From Verrucomicrobiota bacterium (GTDB lineage Bacteria; Verrucomicrobiota; Verrucomicrobiia; Limisphaerales; AAA164-E04): a DNA stretch of 64,000 bases. The stretch is from positions 512,001 to 576,000 of the forward strand of contig CP170459.1 in the NCBI GenBank assembly GCA_047947115.1, given 5' to 3'. This document shows positions 38,529 through 49,086 of the stretch, in pieces. The translations under genes were made by a program, and so were the position numbers. Position 1 is the first letter of the stretch; every line of letters begins with the position of its first letter. Under the pieces are notes generated by a model. The model saw only the letters and a list, made by a program, of their open reading frames with translations. It searched no databases and was not told where the DNA came from.

Positions 38529-40457
38529 ATGCAATTGTTCAGGCAGCATTTGATTCATTTGGCAATCGTAATTGCTTTCATGGTGGAAAGCATCGTTTGC
38601 GCACAACTGGAGCCCATTTTCATCCCCTCGAAATTCAACATGTCCCGCCGGGTGACCAAGTCTTCTCCGGGTTGGTTGATCCGACTTCACCAGGCAAATG
38701 AGACACTTGAAGACACCTTCGCAGAACGCGAAAACGTCCTGGCCGGAACGCGTCCCGATTCTCTGGGTTTCCCCTTGGAGAATTTTGCCATGGATACTTC
38801 AGCCACCATCACGGATTGGATCCATGGGCACACGTTCGCTTTGGATGTACCGGTAAACCTGAACGCAGGTAACAATGCCATCGGGGTGTCAGACAACGAA
38901 TCCGCCATTCCGGGAATTCCGGGGTTCGAGGGGAGCACCCGATATATCACTTCGGAAATCCGACTGGTGCTGGAAGTGCCGCGTGCCGGCCTATATCGTT
39001 TTGGATTGCATGCGAGCGGCGGACTACATGTGGTAACTGGCAATGTGTATGATTCTTTTGATGCAGTGGAGTTAGTCTCTTTTGAAGGGGATCGTGCGGC
39101 AGAAACGGTGCGGTTTGATCTCGAATTCGAACGTAATGGCCTCTATGAATTTCGGGTCCTTTGGTTCAATGCCGAGGAAAACCCCAGTTTGGAATGGTGG
39201 ACCCTGAATGAAGAGGACACCCCCATTCTCCTCAATTCGGAAAATGGATTAAAAACCTACCCGGACATTCCGGAACCCCTGACCAGCATTACGAAGGTCA
39301 CGCCTGAGCATGGGGCCACCGGTGTGCTGCTTGATCAGGATGTGGTGACATTGCAATTGCATCTCGATGACGCAGGTATCGCCACGGAATCGATACAGGC
39401 CACCCTCCAAGGCGAGCCCGCCCCACACGAAGTATCGGCAGCAGACACCGAAATGACGATCGAGATCAGCCTTCCAGAATTAAGTCCCTTCACAGAGTAT
39501 GACTGGACCCTGAGCTTTGAGACCGGGAATGAATTGAGGGAAATAGCGGGTCGTTTCACCACCACGGTATTTGGAGCGCCAGGAGCTTTGTTTATCGAAG
39601 CGGAAGATTTTGATTTCAACCATGGCAACTGGGATCAGGTCAATCCGATTGGTATGACAGGCCCTTACCCCGGCGGAGCTTATCGCAATCGCGGCAACGG
39701 ACATGGCATCAGCGAGCCGGACGGCATCTCGGATCTGGGCATTGATTACCTCGCGGATCCAAGCAGCAACGACGATCCCTTTAACGGGTATCGTGCTGGC
39801 ACTGGAGTCTCGACCGTATCCTTGAACAGACGTTCAGAAGACATTTACCGCGGAGATTTCAATGTGTTGACAAACCATGCCGTGACGGATCAGCAGGAAG
39901 GCGAGTGGTTGAATTTCACGCGCCTTTTCCCCATGGCGGACGACGGAGCCAAAACATTTTATCATGTTTTTGTCCGGATAGCATCGGCCGATGCGCCTTT
40001 GGGGCTTGCTCTGGACCAGGTGATTTCCGGACAGAATACCGTTGAACAGGAAACCGAAAAAGTGGCTGAGCTCATATCCGAAACAGGCACAGACAGCCAG
40101 GACTCCTTTGAGATCAGTCCCCTGTTTGCCGTCAGCAAGGAGGGATCCGAAGTGGAGCCCGGCACATTGGCTGTTGTGGAGCTCGGGGGAGAAGAGACTT
40201 TGCGAATCACCTCGTTGGAAGGAACCAGACAGAACATTGACTATCTGTTATTGATTCCAGCCACCCAAAGCCCGAACACCAAGGAGCCGGGGGCCATTCT
40301 TGGAGTGAGCCGAACGAATGATCAACTGACCATCGAATTCACCGGCACGCTTCTTAGCGCGGATTCGGTGAATGGCGACTATCAACCGGTTGAAAATGCC
40401 ACCTCGCCGTTTACTTTCACACCGGATCAAAGCCAGGCCTTTTTCGTCGCTGAATAA
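38529..40457 (+). CDS. Secreted protein with PA14-like and CBM6/35-like domains and a conserved C-terminal domain
   Basis: Signal peptide; GLYRFGL..GLYEFRVLWF; FIEAEDFD, GEWLNFTR; C-terminus LTIEFTGTLLSADSVNG...ATSPF...FFVAE. Confidence 0.65.
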   Translation: MQLFRQHLIHLAIVIAFMVESIVCAQLEPIFIPSKFNMSRRVTKSSPGWLIRLHQANETLEDTFAERENVLAGTRPDSLGFPLENFAMDTSATITDWIHGHTFALDVPVNLNAGNNAIGVSDNESAIPGIPGFEGSTRYITSEIRLVLEVPRAGLYRFGLHASGGLHVVTGNVYDSFDAVELVSFEGDRAAETVRFDLEFERNGLYEFRVLWFNAEENPSLEWWTLNEEDTPILLNSENGLKTYPDIPEPLTSITKVTPEHGATGVLLDQDVVTLQLHLDDAGIATESIQATLQGEPAPHEVSAADTEMTIEISLPELSPFTEYDWTLSFETGNELREIAGRFTTTVFGAPGALFIEAEDFDFNHGNWDQVNPIGMTGPYPGGAYRNRGNGHGISEPDGISDLGIDYLADPSSNDDPFNGYRAGTGVSTVSLNRRSEDIYRGDFNVLTNHAVTDQQEGEWLNFTRLFPMADDGAKTFYHVFVRIASADAPLGLALDQVISGQNTVEQETEKVAELISETGTDSQDSFEISPLFAVSKEGSEVEPGTLAVVELGGEETLRITSLEGTRQNIDYLLLIPATQSPNTKEPGAILGVSRTNDQLTIEFTGTLLSADSVNGDYQPVENATSPFTFTPDQSQAFFVAE

Positions 40458-40568
40458 AGTTGCGCGGTATTGCTTGTGAAGTAACCGTTATGATCAACCA
40501 CGCCCAAGGAGGACATCCCTTGCGAAAAATTAGATCGAACCATTCCTGATTTCATGTAAGGTGCTGTC

Positions 40569-41933
40569 ATGGCTAAATTGAGAAATCTCCAACGGTTCGC
40601 CCCATTTGTCTGGGCGATTATCTGCTGGGCGCACCTGAATGCCACCGCTGAAAAGCTTCCCAACATGCTGGTCATTCTGGTGGACGATCTGGGTTATGCG
40701 GATCTCTCAAGCTATGGAGCCACAGACCTGCAAACCCCGAACATCGATTCACTCGTACAGTCCGGACTACGTTGGGACAGATTTTACGCCAATTGCCCGG
40801 TCTGTTCACCTACACGCGCAGCTTTGTTGAGTGGACGTTATCCCGATTTGGTCGGCGTGCCCGGAGTGATCCGCACACATGCCAAGGACAATTGGGGTTA
40901 CTTGGATCCAAAAGCCACATTGCTCCCTCAAATGTTGAGGAAAGCCGGATACCATACCGCCCTTGTCGGCAAATGGCATTTGGGATTGGAATCCCCAAAC
41001 ACTCCAACCGAACGAGGATTTGATTTCTTCCATGGATTCCTCGGAGACATGATGGATGATTACTACCATCACCGGAGACACGGCCAACACTACATGCGAC
41101 GCAACAAAGAGCCCATTCACCCGGAAGGCCATGCCACGGATCTCTTTACCCACTGGGCTTCGGAATACATCCTCGACCAGGCAAATACTGAAATCCCTTT
41201 CTTTCTCTACCTGGCTTACAACGCCCCCCACACACCGATACAACCACCGGATGCCTGGTATCAACGCGTCAAGGCAAGAGAACCCGGCATCACGGATCGG
41301 CGCGCAAAATTGGTGGCATTGATTGAACATCTTGATGCCGGCATCGGCGAAGTAGTCGACACCTTGAAACAATCCGGTCAGCTCGAAAATACACTCATCA
41401 TTTTTACCAGCGACAATGGAGGTCAACTCAATGTGGGAGCGCAATGTGGGTCACACCGTGGCGGCAAACAGGACATGTACGAAGGTGGCATCATCGTTCC
41501 GGCATGCGCCGCATGGCCGGGTGTGATCGCCCCCGGCAGCCGCACCGACCAATTGAGCATGACCATGGATATCTTTCCAACCCTGTGCGAGGTCGCAGGC
41601 ATCCCGGTCACACATACCATTGAAGGGGAGTCCTTCCTGGGGCTAATGAAAGGAGACCGGCTACCCCACCGCACACGCGATATGATCTGGGTGCGGCGTG
41701 AAGGCAACATGCGTTACCAGGGACGTGACTATTACGCCTTTCGCAGAGGGGATTGGAAACTGGTGCAGAACTCACCATTCGAACCCTATTCCCTTTACAA
41801 CTTGCAGCAGGACCCTATGGAGACCACCGATGTTTCCCAAAAGAACCAGTCGATACAACGTATGTTGACTCGAGCCTTGATGGACCATGTCCAGGAAGCT
41901 GGATTCATCTCCTGGCAGGGTCCTGGGGAATAA
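40569..41933 (+). CDS. Sulfatase (S1, Cys-type)
   Basis: LVDDLGY, CSPTRAALLSGR, GKWHLG, FTSDNGG. Confidence 0.93.
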   Translation: MAKLRNLQRFAPFVWAIICWAHLNATAEKLPNMLVILVDDLGYADLSSYGATDLQTPNIDSLVQSGLRWDRFYANCPVCSPTRAALLSGRYPDLVGVPGVIRTHAKDNWGYLDPKATLLPQMLRKAGYHTALVGKWHLGLESPNTPTERGFDFFHGFLGDMMDDYYHHRRHGQHYMRRNKEPIHPEGHATDLFTHWASEYILDQANTEIPFFLYLAYNAPHTPIQPPDAWYQRVKAREPGITDRRAKLVALIEHLDAGIGEVVDTLKQSGQLENTLIIFTSDNGGQLNVGAQCGSHRGGKQDMYEGGIIVPACAAWPGVIAPGSRTDQLSMTMDIFPTLCEVAGIPVTHTIEGESFLGLMKGDRLPHRTRDMIWVRREGNMRYQGRDYYAFRRGDWKLVQNSPFEPYSLYNLQQDPMETTDVSQKNQSIQRMLTRALMDHVQEAGFISWQGPGE

Positions 41934-41953
41934 CCCCTACAACAACCACTCCA

Positions 41954-42496
41954 ATGAAAATGCCATGGTTTATAAGGGAAACTGCAGGGGCGGTTTTATT
42001 ACTGGGAGTCATCATCTATCTTCCGGTAGTGGTCTCGGATTACACCACGCCGGAGACCATGCCATTTGAACCCGAAGCCAATCGTAGACAGTGGATCAAA
42101 TTGTTTCCGAGCAATCCGGAGACACTGCAAGCCATCATGGCAACGGTTGGAGGTCAACTGAAGGCGATTCGAAACCAACAGTTTGATGCTGCCTTCCAAT
42201 TTGCCTCCAAGGGCATTCAGGAAGAACAACCTCTGGATGAGTTTGAAGAAATGGTGCGAACCCATTACAGACCGATGCTGGATTATGAAGCCATCGAAAT
42301 CAGCAATTCACTTGATGACGGCAAGCAGGGAATGATCCGCGTGAGATTGAGCCGGAACCGAATCCCCACTGCTGTTTATTCTTACGTCATGGCACTGGAA
42401 GAAGGTCAGTGGAAAATTGGAGGCGTATTGGCCGATGGTCCCCCAACCCAACCAGCCTCTTCTCAAGGTGGAAGCCAACCATCAGGTCTGAATTAA
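41954..42496 (+). CDS. DUF4864-like membrane-anchored protein
   Basis: N-terminal TM; QLKAIR...AFQFAS...FEEMVR.HY; WKIGGV. Confidence 0.6.
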   Translation: MKMPWFIRETAGAVLLLGVIIYLPVVVSDYTTPETMPFEPEANRRQWIKLFPSNPETLQAIMATVGGQLKAIRNQQFDAAFQFASKGIQEEQPLDEFEEMVRTHYRPMLDYEAIEISNSLDDGKQGMIRVRLSRNRIPTAVYSYVMALEEGQWKIGGVLADGPPTQPASSQGGSQPSGLN

Positions 42497-42499
42497 CAC

Positions 42500-42919
42500 T
42501 CAGTCCCAAAGTGGGTTGGCATCAAACCCTGCATGTCCCCAGGGCGAAGCGGCGGGACGTGATTCTTTCAAAGCTCCCTGATGTTTTTCCAGGTAATCCA
42601 ACAACATTTTACGGATAACTGGAGCAGGAGCGGCCAAGCCGTTGCTTTCCATTTTGGTGATCGTTTTGTCCCAGCTTGAGCGATCTCGATGATGATGGGT
42701 GATCAAAAAGGGTGAATGACAATTACCGCAAATTGCAACAACCACCCCAATATTTGGATCGGTTTTCAGACCCCACAGCCCCTTACCCTGCTGGAGCCCT
42801 GATGGTTGTGAAACAACATCCATTTGTCCGACATTTATCAAGCACAGTGTCAACATCCAGATGGATCCTGCCTTACGGAAAGAAGTGAAATGTTTCATCA
42901 TCATATCTCCATCTTCCAA
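42500..42919 (-). CDS. Monoheme cytochrome c, SorB-like
   Basis: CGNCH heme motif; W..TI.KM; DYL; immediately downstream of the sulfite oxidase. Confidence 0.75.
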   Translation of the reverse strand: MEDGDMMMKHFTSFRKAGSIWMLTLCLINVGQMDVVSQPSGLQQGKGLWGLKTDPNIGVVVAICGNCHSPFLITHHHRDRSSWDKTITKMESNGLAAPAPVIRKMLLDYLEKHQGALKESRPAASPWGHAGFDANPLWD

Positions 42920-44191
42920 TTAAACCAACTTAACAGCGATACGATGGGCTGCATTGTTCAGATACCCCTTTGGGTTCCACCCGGGAACAACCATAGGCTG
43001 ACCTCGCCCCTCCACATCCGTAGCTCGGGCCCATACTTCATAATAGCCGGCTTTGGGCAAATCCAATAAGATACTCCAATGCTGCCAGGCGTACTTGTTG
43101 ACAGGTGCGGCCAAATCAGCCTGATGCCATGTCGCGCCGAAGTCGCAACTGATGTCCATGCGTGCGACATCACCATTCCCAGACCAGGCATGGCCACGCA
43201 GTAAAAGAGGTTTCCCAAAGGGAAACTCCGCACCGGTACCCGGATGCGTGATAATGGATTTAACGGGCATGGTTTCAATGATTTCAAAATCCTCCTCAGG
43301 CAACTTGTCACCAGGGGCCACCGGATGTTTGGGGACGCGATACGATGTGCCGGTCATTTTGGGCCCATCATGAATTTGATCACGAATCTGGATTCGGTTA
43401 ATCCATTTGCCGGAGGTCGAACCGGGCCAACCGGGGCAAATCAATCTCAGAGGAAAACCATGTTCTGCCGGGAGAGGTACACCGTTCATTTCCCACACCA
43501 ACAAGGTGTGCTCATCCAGAGCCTTTTCAATGGGGACTCCCCGTGATATGGGGTACTTGCCCGGCTCGCGACTTAAATGGGGATCTTCGCCATAGTAGGC
43601 GATGTAGACGGCAGTTGACTTCACTCCGGCTTTGTTGAGCACATCCCGCAATCGAACACCCCTATATTGAGCACATCCTACGGCTCCGAGGGTCCAAGGA
43701 TTACCACCCACTTTGGGATAATAACCGGCCCTTCCATTCCCCCCGCACTCAATCACCAACGCGGCACTCTGTTGGCTGAAGCCATCCTTCAGATCTTCCA
43801 GACTAAGATTGAGAACCTTCTCTACCTCGCCATCAATGGTCAACGACCAATCGCCCAGTTTAGCAGAAGTGGCGCGTTCCGGAATAAGTCCGTTGTTGCG
43901 TACAAAGTGACGATGGTTTGGAGTGATCGGGTCATCAAGCAGGGTAGCAGTCGCTTCGGCATTGACCGGTTTGTCGCTGAGCAAACGCAACTCTTCCTTG
44001 CCCGGCCAACTTTTTTGGATGGCCTCTTGACCAAGCGCGGATGGAAACAATCCGGAGCGCAGCAACTGATCCTGAAAAACAATCGGAGCGCCCAGGGCAG
44101 CTGTCAATCCGGCAATAAATTTCCGCCTGTCTGTGCGCCTGGTATGTGTCAAAAAGTCTGTTTTCATTCTAGTCCGTTTCGTTTCGACCAA
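42920..44191 (-). CDS. Sulfite oxidase family molybdoenzyme (SorA-like)
   Basis: Tat RRKF; FVRNNG, IECGGNGR, HGFPLR, SGKWI, WNPKGY.NN. Confidence 0.88.
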   Translation of the reverse strand: MVETKRTRMKTDFLTHTRRTDRRKFIAGLTAALGAPIVFQDQLLRSGLFPSALGQEAIQKSWPGKEELRLLSDKPVNAEATATLLDDPITPNHRHFVRNNGLIPERATSAKLGDWSLTIDGEVEKVLNLSLEDLKDGFSQQSAALVIECGGNGRAGYYPKVGGNPWTLGAVGCAQYRGVRLRDVLNKAGVKSTAVYIAYYGEDPHLSREPGKYPISRGVPIEKALDEHTLLVWEMNGVPLPAEHGFPLRLICPGWPGSTSGKWINRIQIRDQIHDGPKMTGTSYRVPKHPVAPGDKLPEEDFEIIETMPVKSIITHPGTGAEFPFGKPLLLRGHAWSGNGDVARMDISCDFGATWHQADLAAPVNKYAWQHWSILLDLPKAGYYEVWARATDVEGRGQPMVVPGWNPKGYLNNAAHRIAVKLV

Positions 44192-44199
44192 AAGCCATA

Positions 44200-46347
<2,148 letters not shown>

Positions 46348-46393
46348 TCAAAGCGGCAATCGGTTTTTGGCGCCAATCGTAAAAACCACTCGT

Positions 46394-47797
46394 TCAGGAT
46401 TCGTTGAAATAGGATTCGATGCAACCGGCCACTTCAGTCGAATCCACCAGCTTTTCACACGGTAATATTTCGGCATTTCCACTGAGCAATACCGGATTGT
46501 GTCGAGTATCCTCAGGACGTGTTCCATGTGAACCTTTGATCAAATCCGCATTCAACGGAATCACATCCATCAACATCCGAAAACCCAGCTTCTTCTGAAG
46601 CAATCGCCAGGCAATCTTAAGTTTTGGAAATGTCAGCGATGGATCCAGAAACAACTCCGCCGGATCATATCCAGGCTTACGATGAATATCGACACAACGA
46701 GCAAAGTCGGGGGCCCGATCATCATTCATCCAGTAATAATAAGTGAACCAGGCCCAGTCCTTCGAAAACACCACCAAATCTCCCGCGCGTACATGATCGA
46801 GTCCGTTTTCCCTTTTCTCATCCGGCCCCCAAACCCAATCGACACCTTCCACGGATTCGAGAAGTTCCCTCACTTCCGGAAGCCGCAAAGGATCTTGAAC
46901 ATGCACATGGGCAACCTGATGGTCCGCCACCGCAAACACTTTCGATGCCCCAAAATCGATCAATTCTCTGCCAAGTTCCTCCTTGATGGTCAACCAACCT
47001 TGCTCACGAAACAATCTGTTGAGATGAATGGGTTTACTGACCGGCGTAATGCCATACTCGGAAAGAATCAACGATTCCACCCCCCGATCCTCCAGATAAC
47101 TCACTAGGTCGCCAACGATGGTGTCGATGCGTTGAAGGTCTGCCGGGATGCACGGATGATCCGGCCCGAACCGTTGTAAGTTGTAATCAAGATGCGGTAG
47201 ATAAACCAGGTTCAAAGAGGGCTGATACTTCCTTTCCACCCAACGAGCCGAATCGGCAATCCACTTCGACACGGCTTGAGGAGGACCCTGCGGAGTGTCC
47301 ATACCGGCTGCCGGCCCCCAAAAAGTGGGGAAGGGAAACGGACCCAGTTCTTTTTTGACTTCAGGGCGAATATCATATGGCCAGGTGTAGATGTCAAAAA
47401 CCTTTCGCCCATCGGCCGGATACATTGGTCTGGGAGTCAGGCTGTAATCCGTGGAGGCATACATATTATACCACCAAAAAACCTTGGCACAGGTAAATCC
47501 AGGCAATCGTGCTTTGAGTCGATCCCAAACTTTTGGTGCCTGCACAAGTTGATTGGGTTGCTTCCAGAACTGGACCTCGGCAAGTTCTTTGTTGTACCAG
47601 CCGTTGGCAACGATCCCATGTTCCGATGGAGTCACTCCGGTAAGATAATTGGACTGAGCGGTGCAAGTAACGGCAGGCAGAGCTGGATTGACGGAACAAA
47701 GCTTACCCTGCTGTTTGATTGAGGAAAGACGGGGCATGCCTTTCTCAATGAGGTCCACCGTCAGACCAACCACATTGATCACCGCCAATCTTTTCAT
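46394..47797 (-). CDS. Alkaline phosphatase/nucleotide pyrophosphatase family, EboF-like
   Basis: INVVGL, PAVTCTAQ, YLPHLDY, SEYG, HRKPGYDP, KGSHG. Confidence 0.8.
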   Translation of the reverse strand: MKRLAVINVVGLTVDLIEKGMPRLSSIKQQGKLCSVNPALPAVTCTAQSNYLTGVTPSEHGIVANGWYNKELAEVQFWKQPNQLVQAPKVWDRLKARLPGFTCAKVFWWYNMYASTDYSLTPRPMYPADGRKVFDIYTWPYDIRPEVKKELGPFPFPTFWGPAAGMDTPQGPPQAVSKWIADSARWVERKYQPSLNLVYLPHLDYNLQRFGPDHPCIPADLQRIDTIVGDLVSYLEDRGVESLILSEYGITPVSKPIHLNRLFREQGWLTIKEELGRELIDFGASKVFAVADHQVAHVHVQDPLRLPEVRELLESVEGVDWVWGPDEKRENGLDHVRAGDLVVFSKDWAWFTYYYWMNDDRAPDFARCVDIHRKPGYDPAELFLDPSLTFPKLKIAWRLLQKKLGFRMLMDVIPLNADLIKGSHGTRPEDTRHNPVLLSGNAEILPCEKLVDSTEVAGCIESYFNES

Positions 47798-47818
47798 GAA
47801 GCAAACAAGTAATGGAAA

Positions 47819-49009
47819 TCAAGGATGCGCCACCGCGATTTTCTGAGGTTTGGCCTGGTATCGATCGCGTAGCAGGTGCATGGCTTGGGTCATTTTCGGT
47901 ACATTGATCTCATGCACCTCGATTCCCTTGCCGATGCCCTCGAGCAGGGTAATTGTCAATTGCCCCCCCAAGTGTTCGCGAAATTCCTCCAGGCCTTTGA
48001 GCACGGTAAGTTTTCCTTCACTACTCGTATAATGCAATTCATTGGAATAAAGCTCAAAACCGAGGTTTTCAAGCAGGGCCAGAATGCGATCGACTTCCAC
48101 CTGTTTCAACATCCCAATCAATCCGGCATAAATGACGTCGAGTGAAATCCCAATGGCAACGGCTTCACCATGTCGAATAGAGTAACTGGAAAGTTGCTCC
48201 AGTTTATGAGCCGCCCAATGCCCAAAATCCAACGGCCTGGCCGATCCGAACTCGAAGGGGTCTCCGCTGTTTGCAATGTGGTTCATATGGAGTTCGGCAC
48301 ATCGATAAATCAATCGATTCATGGCCTCAGGCTGAAACCCGGCCAAATCTAGCGCGGTCTTTTCCAACTCCTCAAAAAATGCAGCGTCCCGAATCAAAGC
48401 CACCTTGACCGCCTCGGAATAGCCACCGCGTTTGTCGCGATCTAAGAGTCCCTGCAACCAGGCAGAGTCGTTAATGACCGCAAACGGCGGTGCAAAGGTA
48501 CCGACAAAATTCTTTTTCCCAAATGCATTGATTCCATTTTTAACCCCCACACCGGAGTCGGCCTGACTCAAGGTAGTAGTCGGAATCCGAACATGCCTGA
48601 CCCCGCGATGAGCGGTCGCAGCAGCCAAACCAACCATGTCCAGCAAAGCCCCTCCCCCGATGGCAATCACGTAGGAATGTCGGTCGATATGATATCGATC
48701 AATGGGTGATTGGATTTCAGAGACATGAAAATATGAATTCTTAACTCGTTCCCCACCCTCTGCAATGATGGTGGGACAGACAAGATCCACGTTCTTTCGT
48801 TTATCAAAATATTGGTGAATGGCTCCGCATAATTCCGGATAAGCGCGAACCAATCCATCGTCGGCAATCACCAACACCTTAACGGGTTCGGATTTGAAAT
48901 CTTCGGTGAGTACATCATGGAGCGTCGGGTTGTCAGCGTTAAACACGCCCTCAGTAAACAATACCCGATGCCGATACGACACTTGGACCTGACGTTCAAT
49001 CTGGATCAC
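47819..49009 (-). CDS. 3-dehydroquinate-synthase-like sugar phosphate cyclase, EboD-like
   Basis: GGGALLD, PTTTLSQADSGVGVKNG, LDFGHWAAHKLE, HGEAV; adjacent to an EboF-like gene. Confidence 0.8.
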   Translation of the reverse strand: MIQIERQVQVSYRHRVLFTEGVFNADNPTLHDVLTEDFKSEPVKVLVIADDGLVRAYPELCGAIHQYFDKRKNVDLVCPTIIAEGGERVKNSYFHVSEIQSPIDRYHIDRHSYVIAIGGGALLDMVGLAAATAHRGVRHVRIPTTTLSQADSGVGVKNGINAFGKKNFVGTFAPPFAVINDSAWLQGLLDRDKRGGYSEAVKVALIRDAAFFEELEKTALDLAGFQPEAMNRLIYRCAELHMNHIANSGDPFEFGSARPLDFGHWAAHKLEQLSSYSIRHGEAVAIGISLDVIYAGLIGMLKQVEVDRILALLENLGFELYSNELHYTSSEGKLTVLKGLEEFREHLGGQLTITLLEGIGKGIEVHEINVPKMTQAMHLLRDRYQAKPQKIAVAHP

Positions 49010-49086
49010 GTGGGTTAATTTGACTGGAAATTTGTGACTAGACCAGCAAAAAGGGCGGCGAAGAAAACGAGTGATTTACCTACTCC

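Noticed and set aside
47819..49009. Naming the gene aroB
   Set aside because: Sequence features and the EboF-like neighbour fit the EboD paralog better
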